From Bdellovibrionales bacterium (GTDB taxonomy: Bacteria; Bdellovibrionota; Bdellovibrionia; Bdellovibrionales; JAUICD01): a stretch of 64,000 bases of DNA. The notes under the pieces are model-generated. The model was not told the origin of the DNA. It saw only the letters and a list, made by a program, of their open reading frames with translations, and ran no database searches. This document shows positions 52,522 to 64,000 of the stretch, one piece after another (positions within the stretch are counted from its first letter, which is position 1; each line of letters begins with the position of its first letter). The position numbers and the translations under genes are program-made. The stretch covers positions 896,001-960,000 of the forward strand of contig OZ253553.1 in NCBI GenBank assembly GCA_965262715.1, written 5' to 3'.

Positions 52522-53214
52522 ATGTCAAGACTTAAAATACTAAGGGTTTTTATATTTGTTTGGCCGTTTTTCGCTTTTTCAAATTTACTAACTACTACTA
52601 CAGCCCATGCCAACTTTGAAGTGTCTCCTCACATTGGATTACACTCTAGAAATGCTGTATATATTAATGGAAATAAAAGGGCATCAAAGTTAACATTGAT
52701 CTTTGGCGGAGATGTTCAATATAATTTCTTATTACACAGAAGAACCTTCTATAACACCTATATGGGCTTAGGTTTAAGATATCAATACTACTTTTCTCAG
52801 TTTGAAAAGTCACCAGCATCAGGTCAGATAAGTGCTCAAAGAGTAGGACTTTTATTGTCCTCAAGATATCTTTTAAGAAAACGATTTATTATAGGTATTT
52901 TATATGGGCTTGACCTTTGAAAATCTATAAATATTGAACAAGGATCTGATAACTCTAAAGGCTCAGAGTGGATAGATTTTATAGGTCTGTTAGGTATAGA
53001 AGTCGGCTTTAAATTCACAGACTTCTTGCTGGCGAAAATAGAATTAGGTATTAGTAACCTTTATGTAGGAGACCTAGAATGTGAAGGTTGTACAGGTAAA
53101 GATAATATAAGTGCTCGTATAGCAAAACCTTATATTTTACTAGGAGTGAGTTGGCTCTTTGGCTCTAATAATAGCTCTGGTCATGATATAGAAAGAGATG
53201 AGGATGAAGAGTAA
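52522..53214 (+). pseudogene. Outer-membrane beta-barrel-like protein with a single in-frame TGA at 52918
   Basis: ORFs at 52522 and 53026 are in the same frame; AAGGAGG RBS; signal peptide; alternating beta-strand pattern. Confidence 0.7.
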
Positions 53215-53613
53215 AACTTTTTAATCTCAGTTTTTTCATATAGTGTGTACATACTGTCTGATGTCTAAAACTGGTATATTGTAAAAATATTAGGCAGTAT
53301 GTATCAAACTATATCGACTAATTATCCTCTAAATGAACTTTAGAGAGTCCTGATTGCACCTCCAAAAGAGTATGGTAGACATCATTGACATGATTTTGTT
53401 TTAGATTCTTTGCTGTATTCCCTTTATGCTCAACAGAGAAATTAAGAGTATTCTTAGCCCTTTCATTACTTTTTTTATTCTGATGAGTATTCCCTCTCAT
53501 TTTTGACTCTGTGCTTTAAGTACCGTTTGCAAGGCCTCAATTTGAGTGGTTATCTTTTTTCGCCAAAGGATTGTCATTTCTGATTGCCTATTGTCTTTGT
53601 TCATCAAATCCTC

Positions 53614-54322
53614 TTAGAGTGCTTTGAGTTGGTCTCTGAGATATTGCTTCTTGGTTGTGAGTATATGAATTTCACCTTTAAGCTTTTCAACTTGTACCAA
53701 ATACCACTTTTCCAAATCTGTTTTTTCCTGCTGTGCTGAGATAAGAAAATTTTTGAGTTCTGAGTGGCCTTGTTGCACAAATATGATTCTATTACATAAG
53801 ATTACCATTGGTGCCTTTTGACAGGCTTTTTCACTAGCAGGAGAGAGCCTCCGTGCCTTGCATTGCTGTTATTTTGTGATTTGATTATAGAATCAAATAT
53901 TTTAATAAAGACTTTGTCTTTTAAGGCACTGGATAAGAGCTGGTTCACAAGCCTGTCAAAAGACACTACTAAAACATACAAGTATTTGTGCAACAAAACC
54001 GCTCTGAGTTATTGTTTTGCATCTGCAAAAGTTGATTTTTAAGCTGTTGGTTTTCAGTCATGTACTGCTGACTCTGTTGCCTCTCCGGCTCAAGTTGGGC
54101 AAGTTGCTCTTTGAGCTGTCCTAAATCCGTCTGAAAAGCTTTCTCTTGAAGATCCAAAGATAATTTTTGAATATGCCCATAAGCTTCCTTAAGCTGTTTT
54201 TGAAAAAGAGAAAATTTTTCCTCCCTTTGCAGTTTGTCTTTTTGAGACTGAGCATTTTCCCATCTAAGTCTTTTAAGGTAAGGTTTTACCCGTTTGTGAA
54301 TTTGATATTTATATTTAGCCAA
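53614..54322 (-). pseudogene. Coiled-coil protein gene interrupted by a MITE
   Basis: Frame rejoins as QNNNSELKNFL when 53766..54000 and one TSD are removed. Confidence 0.6.
53766..54000. mobile_element. 235-bp MITE with IS903-like ends
   Basis: TIRs ggccttgttgcacaaata / tatttgtgcaacaaaacc; TSD GTTCTGAGT/GCTCTGAGT with one mismatch; internal inverted repeat ttttgacaggct/agcctgtcaaaa. Confidence 0.85.
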
Positions 54323-54689
54323 ACGAGATTTAAGTTTTTCATTTTCAGTTTAAAAGGAATTGTTACAAGATCATGTAAATAACCAAGCTGTATATAATCT
54401 GCGACCCTAGACAAAACTTGCGGATAGCAAATTTATCATCTTTGAAAGATACTCCACAATATGGACAAGTCATTGATGTTTTAGATCTACTCTTAGATAT
54501 TCTTCGTGACTCGAAAGGTACTCAGGTTATGTCATTTGACTCGGTTAGCGAAGATCAATTTCCGGAACCGACAAGTTTTCAATAGTTAAATCTGGCATTA
54601 TTGCGTCGCGATGGGGATTTCCGTTTGATGGGAATCCATACTTCTTGGTTGATGCAAAACTATTCCCAGGCTCATCAGGTAGTTATGCT

Positions 54690-54893
54690 TTTAAAAAGCC
54701 TCTAAAATAGAGGTTTTTGACCATAAAGATTGAGTAAGTTCCTCAATATTGCAAATTGAAAGCTTGAGATCGACATAGGGTTTTTTGTAAAATTCTAGGA
54801 TTTTTTGCTGGAATATTAAGAAAATATGTAATAAATATAGATACATAGTTGGAGTTATGGGTAGGTTTGTTTACTATCTCATCTCCCCGACCA
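54690..54893 (+). repeat. Second island right-end segment with att core TCTCCCCGACCA (54882..54893)
   Basis: Diverged copy of 52050..52249. Confidence 0.85.
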
Positions 54894-54950
54894 CTTATTT
54901 ATTATGATAAAAAAAATGACATATATAAAATTTTTAACGAGTATAATTAT

Positions 54951-55478
54951 ATGAATCTTATATTATTTCGTCATGGTCCACCTATTGATTCTGTTGAATG
55001 GCTACAGAAAGGTAAAAAAGAGTCTGAACGTCCTCTAACAGAAGAAGGTGTACAAGTCACAAAGAAAGCATCTGAAGGATTAAAGAAAAACTTAAGTTTA
55101 CATCCTCAAGAAGAAACATCAGGTTGCTTTATTTACTCTAGCCCCTACACACGTGCCCTACAAACTGCAAATATCTTAAAAGATACATTACAAATTAAAG
55201 AAGATGTAACTGTCTTAGAAGAACTTACACCTCACAGCCACCCCAAGCAGTTTTCTAATATTATATTTTCTCATACAAAATCTCTGTTGGTCGCAGTAGG
55301 TCATCAACCTCTTTTATCACGCTTAGCTGGGTATTTATTATTTAGAGAAGATATATCCTATTTATCTATTGAAAGAGCAGGAGCTTTAAGCCTTCAAATC
55401 AATAGAGGCGAAATTATAAACCAACTGCTTTGGTTAATGACTCCTGAGCAACTTATTTCTATGGATACAAATTTTTAA
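54951..55478 (+). CDS. sixA: SixA-like histidine phosphatase
   Basis: RHG, RPLT..G, SSPYTRALQTA, VGHQP. Confidence 0.85.
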   Translation: MNLILFRHGPPIDSVEWLQKGKKESERPLTEEGVQVTKKASEGLKKNLSLHPQEETSGCFIYSSPYTRALQTANILKDTLQIKEDVTVLEELTPHSHPKQFSNIIFSHTKSLLVAVGHQPLLSRLAGYLLFREDISYLSIERAGALSLQINRGEIINQLLWLMTPEQLISMDTNF

Positions 55479-55743
55479 GAATAAAGGATATTAAACTCTA
55501 TAAATTTTGTCTCATCAATACTTTGACCTGATAGCTGGGACTCAAAAGCTTGTTTTAGATCAGTACCTGCACAAAAATATCTGATTAGACTACTCAGATG
55601 GATTATAGTGAAGATGTGATTAGACTATTAGAAGAGTATGAAGAAACTATATATCTTTAAGTTTGACTCAAGGTAACTTTAATATTTTGTAAGTGTAATT
55701 CTATCTTAGTTTTGAAAGATTCAGAGATGAATCTTTTTTAATC

Positions 55744-57591
55744 TTATTGCATATAAAAGAATAATCTTCTTAGACATTCTCTAATATAAAGAGCAGGTAA
55801 CCCTTGGCTATAATTACGTTGTATGTGGCTAGGACCTCCTTGTACAGAAAGATAAGTGTAAGGTGGATTTTCAATTTTTTCCACTTCTGATAAAATATTA
55901 GGTATAGAAGATCTTTGAGCTCTTTTCAAATTGCGTTGACGGTCTAAAGAGAATAATGAAGCGAGTTGTTTATTTAAAATATCCGGACCAAAATCCTCTA
56001 AAGTAGAGAGGGATCTATTTCTTAGAGATTCTTCTGAATCATTAAAAACTCCTGAAGATGAAGAATATCTTGGTGTAAAATTTTGATAGAAGTTTTGAAT
56101 ATCTTCATAGTTGAGTGTATCATTAAGCAGAATCAAATCTATCAATTGTTTGAAGACATCAAAATGGCTAGTTAAAACTTGGATAGCAAGACGCATTGCT
56201 GACAAACTCCATGAGTTTGCTTCTGCAGTCCATAATTGCCTTTCATGTTCTGGTAATTTGCCAAGGAACTCTTCAAAACCGGTTAAATCGTTGAATGAAG
56301 GACAGTTGTCTTTGCCTGAAATGTTCATAGACATACCTGAACAAATACCATGAAACGCCAAAAGTTGAGCTTCTAAGATTTCACGATTGTAATTTCGGCC
56401 GGTCTGAAAAAATAGCTGATCAGCAATTAAAGCAGCTAATTTAATAGCCATTTCTTTTATATAATAATCTCTACTGTTCATTAACGTTTCTATGGACAGA
56501 TCAGCTGGGATGGCGACATAGGTATAACCATGAGAAAGTATCCACTGGTCAGATGAATAGAGCAATCCATTTCTCATCAAAATAGAATCTCTATAAATGC
56601 TATCGTTATACATATCGCTGAATAAAGCTCTTCTAACTACTGCATGAGCAATTTCATAAAATGGTGTAGTGATAGATTCCCAAATAACAGAATCTGTTAG
56701 TTTTAATTCTCCAATCGGAATGACCCAATCAATTTCTTTTAAAAATTCTCCCTGGCTATTTTCTACAACAATTCCTATGTTGATTCTTTCCACATCAACA
56801 AAAGTATAAACAGTTTCTGTTGTTTGAGATAAATCTTTCAAATAGAGTGTTAGCCTAGAATCTTGGGAAACTTCTTCCCTTATTAAAAGTTCTTCAAAAG
56901 ATTGAAATAATCCTCGAGCTGAATGACTCAATATTTGATTGTAAAGTAGATTATATCCAATTTCTCTTTTTTGCTCTTCACATTGATCATCACAAGAAAT
57001 AATATCTTCAGTTTGTTCCCATATGTAGTACATACCTTCTTGAACCTCTCTATTGCAATCATCATCACATTTAAAGGTGAGGTTTACTTTTTGATCATCA
57101 TCCATTCTTACTATAAAGACAAAATCACTAACAGTTTTGGTCTGGGGATTAAAGAAGAGGTTTTGAAGATATGTACCTATAATTTTTTTTCCTTTGAATT
57201 TTTCATCTGTTAAAAAATATTTTAGAAGCTGTGTTAAAGCATTAGGATTTGAGTTAGCCAGTGCGACCAATAAATGATCTCCATAACGCAACATCTCCCC
57301 TGTATTTATATCTAAGGCATGTACGATATTGCGATATTCGATGGCATCCCAAACACGAACACTCCAACCGGCATTTGAAGCATCTCTTAAAAAGAGGTCA
57401 AAACGAAATCTTGTAACTTCCTCTATAAGATTATATGAAAAAGGGGTAGAAGTAGGAAAACTAATCGTGGCAATCTGAGTAGCAATATCTTCAGATATGT
57501 CAGATGGTGTTGACTGTGCATGCAAAACCTGGCTAAAGATCACAATGATAATGGCAGGCAATCCTATTCTTTGCACAATACTTCCTCTCAT
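55744..57591 (-). CDS. Secreted protein with a degenerate M41 (FtsH-type) peptidase-like C-terminal domain
   Basis: Signal peptide; YEIAHA in place of HExxH; LAALIADQLFF; LILLNDTLNYEDI. Confidence 0.55.
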   Translation of the reverse strand: MRGSIVQRIGLPAIIIVIFSQVLHAQSTPSDISEDIATQIATISFPTSTPFSYNLIEEVTRFRFDLFLRDASNAGWSVRVWDAIEYRNIVHALDINTGEMLRYGDHLLVALANSNPNALTQLLKYFLTDEKFKGKKIIGTYLQNLFFNPQTKTVSDFVFIVRMDDDQKVNLTFKCDDDCNREVQEGMYYIWEQTEDIISCDDQCEEQKREIGYNLLYNQILSHSARGLFQSFEELLIREEVSQDSRLTLYLKDLSQTTETVYTFVDVERINIGIVVENSQGEFLKEIDWVIPIGELKLTDSVIWESITTPFYEIAHAVVRRALFSDMYNDSIYRDSILMRNGLLYSSDQWILSHGYTYVAIPADLSIETLMNSRDYYIKEMAIKLAALIADQLFFQTGRNYNREILEAQLLAFHGICSGMSMNISGKDNCPSFNDLTGFEEFLGKLPEHERQLWTAEANSWSLSAMRLAIQVLTSHFDVFKQLIDLILLNDTLNYEDIQNFYQNFTPRYSSSSGVFNDSEESLRNRSLSTLEDFGPDILNKQLASLFSLDRQRNLKRAQRSSIPNILSEVEKIENPPYTYLSVQGGPSHIQRNYSQGLPALYIRECLRRLFFYMQ

Positions 57592-57763
57592 ATATATTAT
57601 ATTCGCTTTATTTTATGTACTTGATCAAGTCAATAAATCTTTAAGTGACACAAGCTGTTTAATAGGTTCTCTTTGAAAAAACACCTGTATTGTTATAATC
57701 TTGAGCTTTACTGTTGTAAGAACGTCGTTATTAGATATCAGATAAAGTCTAATACCATAAAAC

Positions 57764-58690
57764 TTATTGTTCAAACATACTTAAAAGAACACCTTCCTTG
57801 ACGCCTACTTTAGGAATATAAACTTTTCTTTGATCTACAGCTTTACAAAATATTTGAGTTACAAAAAGAGCTGGTATAAGAATGTCTGCTCGATCTGGTA
57901 AGATATCAAAATGGTCGACTCTCTCTTGAAATGAGATATTAATAAGTTTTTTCAACAGTGAATTTATATCTTCAACATTCAGACTTTTGTTTTCAGAAGA
58001 GTGGTCATTTGTATGAGGAATAATTTTTTTATTATAAAAAGATGTTGTAAGGTCATAGAGATAGTCCATATTTCCTCCTATACCCACACAACATTGAAAG
58101 GGCTTTCCAGGAGATAAGAAATCTATAAGGGCTTGTTGATGTTGCTTTAGATAAGAAGCTAAATCTTTTTCGGATGAGACTTGAGAGAGGATTTTAACAG
58201 TACCTAAAGGAAAACTTGCTTTCTTCTGGATACCTTTCTTGTCACATTGGATCAGTTCTAAGCTGCCACCACCTATATCCATTATGGCATATCTTCCTTC
58301 TTGAAATTCCATAAAATATTGAACAGCCCTATACACATAATCAGCTTCTTGTTGGTATGAGATGACATGAATATCAAAGCCTGTTTTATCGTAAATCTCA
58401 CGGATGATATCTTTTGTATTAATAGCTTCTCTTAAAGCACTTGTGGCAACAACATGACAAGCTTGCACATTATGTTCTGTAAGATGCTTTTTATACTCAA
58501 AGCAAACCATTAAGAGTTTTTCTAAATTTTGATCTCCCACATAACCTGATGAAAAAACATCTGTTCCTAATCTGAGAGGGGTTTTAACTGAATATGAAAT
58601 AACAAAGTCAGATCCATTTTGCTGTCCTATAAGAAGACGGATAGAATTTGATCCTATATCAATAGCTGCTTTATTTACCATTATCTTCAC
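57764..58690 (-). CDS. ppx: Ppx/GppA exopolyphosphatase family
   Basis: IDIGSNSIRL, ATSALREA, DIGGGSLE, DRAD, GVKEG. Confidence 0.9.
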   Translation of the reverse strand: MKIMVNKAAIDIGSNSIRLLIGQQNGSDFVISYSVKTPLRLGTDVFSSGYVGDQNLEKLLMVCFEYKKHLTEHNVQACHVVATSALREAINTKDIIREIYDKTGFDIHVISYQQEADYVYRAVQYFMEFQEGRYAIMDIGGGSLELIQCDKKGIQKKASFPLGTVKILSQVSSEKDLASYLKQHQQALIDFLSPGKPFQCCVGIGGNMDYLYDLTTSFYNKKIIPHTNDHSSENKSLNVEDINSLLKKLINISFQERVDHFDILPDRADILIPALFVTQIFCKAVDQRKVYIPKVGVKEGVLLSMFEQ

Positions 58691-58843
58691 TTTTTAAAGA
58701 TTGATTGGTCGACTCAATTTTATAAATAATTATAAATAATTTTTGATTGACATAATATATAGGGTTTGATTTTTTAAGGCAAGTGCATTACAATTAACTT
58801 TAACTAATAACATCTATTATAAATAATTAGAGGGAAATAAAAC

Positions 58844-59452
<609 letters not shown>

Positions 59453-59545
59453 TTGCTCTAAAGTTTTTAGGCCTTTTATTAAATCAAATTATATTTGAAG
59501 AATTTGTTTACTATAATGAGCTGAGTTAGCAAATGGGTCATAAAA

Positions 59546-60541
59546 ATGAAAGTATTAGTTTTTGCAGAAACAGCTCTTTTAAAAAATAGAGATCAAACAA
59601 CTGCTGAATCAAAGCAGATATTTAAATCAAGTAGCTTAGAACTTTTTACTATCACCCAGGGTATTTCTCCTACAGTTGCTGTAATGACAAGCAATAACAG
59701 CAATCATAAAGAGATCACAGAAACTCTTAGTAGCTATGGCGCAAAAAATATTATTTTTTATAATGATGTAGAGCATTATAATCCTGAAGTTTTTTCAGCA
59801 GTGATGCAAAAAATAATTAAGGACAATGAAATTCAGCTTGTATTAGCATCGGGAACTTCTACAGCTAAAGACTTATTTCCAAGAGTCGCAGCGACAATGG
59901 ATGCTAGTTTTATAAGTGATTGCACAGAAATATCTATAGAAAACGAAGAAGCACATGTCAGAAAACCTCTTTATGCGGGTAAATGTTCTGCTAGGGTTGT
60001 TTTGAAGGGAAAGCAGATAAAGATAGTAGTTATGAGACCTAATCAGTTCCCTCTTCCCAAACCTGGCTCTCCATCAAATTTAGCTATAGCCGATCAGATG
60101 GCACCTCTTGATATACCATCTAAATATATTGTTAAGAACGTTATTAAATCTTCTTTAGAACGTCCTGATTTGACAGAAGCTCAAATCATTGTATCTGGTG
60201 GTCGGGGCCTGCAAAAAGCAGAAAACTTCCAATTATTAGAGGATTTAGCAGATGCTATAGGAGGAGCTGCTGTAGGAGCTTCAAGGGCTGTTGTGGATGA
60301 TAGATGGGTGGACCATTCAATGCAGGTAGGACAGACAGGTAAAACTGTTGCGCCTCATCTTTACATTGCTGTTGGCATTTCTGGAGCTATTCAGCATTTA
60401 GCAGGTATGAGCTCTAGCCGAGTGATTGTAGCTATCAATAAAAATCCAGAAGCTCCTATCTTTAAAAAAGCCACTTATGGCATTGTGGGCGATGCACTTG
60501 AAGTTGTACCTCAGCTCACAGAGGCTTTTAAGAAAGCTTAG
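59546..60541 (+). CDS. etfA: Electron transfer flavoprotein alpha subunit
   Basis: VSGGRG, QVGQTGK, GISGAIQH. Confidence 0.95.
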   Translation: MKVLVFAETALLKNRDQTTAESKQIFKSSSLELFTITQGISPTVAVMTSNNSNHKEITETLSSYGAKNIIFYNDVEHYNPEVFSAVMQKIIKDNEIQLVLASGTSTAKDLFPRVAATMDASFISDCTEISIENEEAHVRKPLYAGKCSARVVLKGKQIKIVVMRPNQFPLPKPGSPSNLAIADQMAPLDIPSKYIVKNVIKSSLERPDLTEAQIIVSGGRGLQKAENFQLLEDLADAIGGAAVGASRAVVDDRWVDHSMQVGQTGKTVAPHLYIAVGISGAIQHLAGMSSSRVIVAINKNPEAPIFKKATYGIVGDALEVVPQLTEAFKKA

Positions 60542-60968
60542 CCTTACCTCAATTTTTATTATTTAAAATCAGCATAAAAAAGACTGGCATCATCAAACAA
60601 TTATCAATCTTCTTAAAATAGAAAACCTTTATAAACAAGAAAAATCAATAGCTTAGGAGGAAATTATAGAAAAATTCATTAAAATTATTATAAACTTATC
60701 ATTGATATTTGGATCAGGTTATTGTGCCAAAAAGCTTTTATTTAATATCGAAAAAATGACCACAAAGAGGATTAAAAAGGGATTTTCATCAGAAGGGCTT
60801 GCCAGAAAGCTCACTGGCACAAAACTGCCTTTCTAAAGATTTAAAGGGTAATAAATTGTTTAAAGGGTCAATAAAAACTCCTTATTCCCTGTTATATGCC
60901 TTTAGTAATATAATAAAGTTAGGTTCATAACTACCTAAGTTGACTTTCAGAGGGTTTAACTTATTGTT

Positions 60969-61320
60969 ATGATTATAAAAAACAAGTATTTTATCCGTTC
61001 GAGAATTTCTGAGGCGAAATTCAGAGAAATTATCCGGTATTTTTCAGTAGATTTAACTGCTATACAAATAGCTCATCTTACAAAATTAAACATCAATACT
61101 ATTGATCGTATTTTAAAAAAATAAGATTAAGAATATCTGAGTTTTGTGAAAAAGAGAGTGTTTTTTCAAAAGGAGAAATTGAAATTGATAAAAGTTATTT
61201 TGGAACTAAAAAAGTCCGTGGTCTTCGTGGTAGAGGATCAAGCGGAAAAACCATTGTATTTGGATTGAAAAAAAGAAATGGCGTTGTATATACACAGGTT
61301 ATTAAAAATTGCTCTCATGC
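60969..61320 (+). pseudogene. Frameshifted, truncated IS1595-family transposase
   Basis: RSRISEAKFREIIRYF, frameshift in an A-run near 61120, then GEIEIDKSYFG..RGLRGRG..GKTIVFG. Confidence 0.8.
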
Positions 61321-61735
61321 CTCTCATACAGTAAAAAATATCCACAGGTATACCAGCAGAACTAATGCGAGTAGATTGATTTTTTATATCCTCTGATAAA
61401 GGAGGGCCTAAAATGGATAATAATATCCCTCTGATTTCTTTTGGAGTAGACTTATCTAAGTTTACTGAATGTATAACTTGACCACTTTTTAGATGTTCTG
61501 TTGTAGATGGTTTAGGAAAACTAGCATAATTTACAATTATCTTTGCAATTGATTTCTCCTTAAAAGATATAGCTCTATAAAATGTGTCTTTTTCTTTTTC
61601 CAAAACAGTTTTTAAATTATATTTGTTTATTAATTTCTCCATTGTTTCTAAAAATTTTAAGTCTTTACTAGAAATAAAAAATCGATCTATATATGATATG
61701 CGGTGGCAAAATAGATTCCATTGATGCCATGCCAT
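61238..61735 (-). CDS. Hypothetical protein, probably a gene remnant truncated by the IS1595 fragment
   Basis: ORF only; its 3' end runs into the antisense of the transposase remnant. Confidence 0.3.
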   Translation of the reverse strand: MAWHQWNLFCHRISYIDRFFISSKDLKFLETMEKLINKYNLKTVLEKEKDTFYRAISFKEKSIAKIIVNYASFPKPSTTEHLKSGQVIHSVNLDKSTPKEIRGILLSILGPPLSEDIKNQSTRISSAGIPVDIFYCMRGMRAIFNNLCIYNAISFFQSKYNGFSA

Positions 61736-61867
61736 TCTTTCATCTTTTTCTCCCTCACAATACCAATATTGTGACTTATTATTCAGATAAGCAATAATAT
61801 CTAGTAATAAAGGCTTTCCTATTGTTATCTTATAAAGAGGAGTTAAGTCTTCTGTGATTGTGTATCT

Positions 61868-62035
61868 TAAACGATCTGAGGATCATAAACAGCAGCAATT
61901 TTTAGATTTGGAAAGTCAAATCCTTCTCCAAACATATCCACACATATCATAACTCTACTGTTCCGAGAGTTAAGTCTTTCAATGAGTTTTTTTCTCTCTG
62001 TTTTTTTCGTTTTACTGGTTATAACGATATTGAAT
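61868..62035 (-). pseudogene. Fragment of an SF2 helicase C-terminal domain
   Basis: Reverse strand reads RVMICVDMFGEGFDFPNLKIAA (helicase motif V). Confidence 0.65.
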
Positions 62036-62071
62036 TTAATTTTAGATATTGAACAGGTTTAGAGATGTTTT

Positions 62072-62521
62072 ATGGAAAAAATTTTATTAAAAATAAAAGC
62101 ACTATCTCATTATTCTGGCACGCCACTTAAATATGAAAGTGACTTGGCAAGTGGATTTGATATACGTGCTCAATTAGACGGTGATATCATAATTACTCCA
62201 GGTCAAAGACTTTTGATTCCAATAGGTTTAACTTTCGAAGTGGCTCCTAATTATGAACTGCAAGTGCGCCCTAGAAATGGACTTGCCATAAAAAAAGGGG
62301 TTACTTTAGTGAATTCTCCTGGCAAAATTGATGCTGATTATAGAGGAGAGGTTAAAATTAGTATTATCAATCATGGCAATGAAGCTGTGACAATTTCTCC
62401 TCATGATCGTATTGCACAACTCGTACTTTGTCCTGTCGTACAAGCAGAGTTTCAATGGGTCTCTCATCTAGGCATAAGTAAAAGAGGGGAGGCTGGATTT
62501 GGCTCTACTGGAGTGAAATAA
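62072..62521 (+). CDS. dut: dUTP diphosphatase
   Basis: SGFD, IDADYRGE, DRIAQ, RGEAGFGSTG. Confidence 0.93.
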   Translation: MEKILLKIKALSHYSGTPLKYESDLASGFDIRAQLDGDIIITPGQRLLIPIGLTFEVAPNYELQVRPRNGLAIKKGVTLVNSPGKIDADYRGEVKISIINHGNEAVTISPHDRIAQLVLCPVVQAEFQWVSHLGISKRGEAGFGSTGVK

Positions 62522-62971
62522 ACAAACTCATCGTTTTCCTTCTATATATCTTACAGAAGACTTATGATCTGGTGCTTATGAATAAAGTTTGTAACAAAAA
62601 AAGTATTCTATAAGCATACCAATACCATACCTACAATCATAATTATCTACAGTTAGTAAAGATGTTCGTCACAATGAGAATATATTTTATATAAGATCAA
62701 TTATTAAATAGTGGGCAAATAGTATAGAACTCATCTCAAAATTACCTTTCCTGCTCGCATTTTCAAAACAACTTCTTAATTTGAGTCCCATATAAAACTA
62801 TGTAAAAATTACAGAGTTATCATATTGTTTTTGTAAATTTTATACATTAACCATCATCAGCATCATTTTCTCTTATGTAACCTTTTGAATTTATTTACTT
62901 TTTTTTATTTTTTTTACTGTTTCTGGCACTTATTATGCATTTGTACTTTATAGATTAACAAGGAGATATTT

Positions 62972-64000
62972 ATGAAAAGTCTATTTAAAGAAGTAATATG
63001 TATATACTTGACCTTATTAATGATGTTTTGTCCTTCTTTTGTTGTTATCCAAGCTCAAGAAGGTTTCACTACAGAAGAAATCACACAAGGTTTAGAAATT
63101 CTTGATATCATGACTGAACAGTTAGATACAGCTGAAAGTCAACAGGATGGAACCTACGTTTTAGATTTTGATCATGCTCCACTAGTTACTACTGCATCTT
63201 TATCTTTTTTTTCTCGTCAATTTCAAGTTCAGATAAATAATGAGAAGTTATCACCATACTTAGAAGAGCTAGATGCTTTATACGAAATGCACAGATCAAC
63301 TAATAGTCTACAAGCTTTTAAAGACGACCTATCTAAATACGCACATGGATCATATTATGGAAATTCTTCTAGAATACCTAATAAGTTTTTTGAGAGCTTG
63401 AATTACGCGGGGTATCGAACGTTTTTTGAAAATATAGAAAAGATATTCGGGTTACAAGAAAGAATAAATGAAAATATGAGCGCGTTGAGTAAAGAAATAG
63501 TTAACTCGATGGAAACTTTAAAAAACAAGTTTCCAGATAACAGTCAAGAGATGAGAAAAAATATGTATAGAGAAATAACTCAAAAAGTAAATAATGCAAT
63601 ATCAATTCTAGAACAACAACTCATTGAAGATACGCGAAAATATTTAGGATTGTTAGAAAATGCTCCGGGGACCCATTATCGGCTTTTAGGAGTTAACCCT
63701 CAAACAGAACCTTCAGAGATTAAATTAGCTTATAGAAAGTTAGCACCAATATATCACCCTGATACTACTGAACTTGACCCACAACAAGCTGAAGAACACT
63801 TTAAAAAACTCAACGAAGCTAACGAAATATTAAGTAATCCTGAAACCCGTGCTCAATACGATAAATCTATTGAAGCCCATCCTAATGTTCCTTCTCAGCA
63901 ACTTCATCACAGAGAAGTTATTATGAACCAGCGCATACAGACCCTAAGGCGTTTTCGCTCTAATTTTATAAACGCAGTAAAAAGCGCAGGTGTCATTGGA
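62972..64000 (+). CDS. Signal-peptide protein with an internal J domain (runs off the window end; absent from the ORF track)
   Basis: AAGGAG RBS; open frame from ATG 62972; HYRLLGV...IKLAYRKLAPIYHPD...FKKLNEANEILSNP..RAQYD. Confidence 0.85.
   Translation, partial: MKSLFKEVICIYLTLLMMFCPSFVVIQAQEGFTTEEITQGLEILDIMTEQLDTAESQQDGTYVLDFDHAPLVTTASLSFFSRQFQVQINNEKLSPYLEELDALYEMHRSTNSLQAFKDDLSKYAHGSYYGNSSRIPNKFFESLNYAGYRTFFENIEKIFGLQERINENMSALSKEIVNSMETLKNKFPDNSQEMRKNMYREITQKVNNAISILEQQLIEDTRKYLGLLENAPGTHYRLLGVNPQTEPSEIKLAYRKLAPIYHPDTTELDPQQAEEHFKKLNEANEILSNPETRAQYDKSIEAHPNVPSQQLHHREVIMNQRIQTLRRFRSNFINAVKSAGVIG

Noticed and set aside
52918..52920. TGA recoding (Trp or Sec)
   Set aside because: TGA ends other genes normally in this window; a nonsense mutation is simpler
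54849..54950. N-terminal extension of SixA in the ORF track
   Set aside because: It is read through the att/right-end repeat; the RHG motif and the duplicate at 51282 support a start at 54951

Overview
AT-rich bacterial chromosome segment. Gene content (tamB/Omp85 pair, TonB-C protein, long PhhA, many secreted proteins) suggests a Bdellovibrionota-like organism; this is an inference. The backbone (S8 protease, M16 peptidase, hemW-grpE-dnaJ, queD-phhA, polA, sixA, ppx, ahpC, etfA, dut) is heavily invaded by mobile DNA. (1) Two 1920-bp IS1634-family elements are flanked by very long direct repeats (1663 bp and 290 bp). (2) Two 1316-bp IS903-like elements with 9-bp TSDs are accompanied by two related MITEs. 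(3) At least eight copies of a ~100-bp three-stem hairpin element keep their fold while diverging in sequence. (4) A tRNA-Pro(UGG)-anchored island (~41.4-54.9 kb) has several att-like repeats and carries an IS-disrupted type IIG-like R-M gene, a CD-NTase remnant and an intact five-gene operon SLATT-TGT-like-OGG-like-QueC-like-TIR. That operon has the ancillary trio of type IV CBASS but a Thoeris-like TIR protein starting MGGGGG in place of the cyclase. It is the best candidate here for an undescribed defence system. All homology calls come from motif recognition by eye; no database searches were run.
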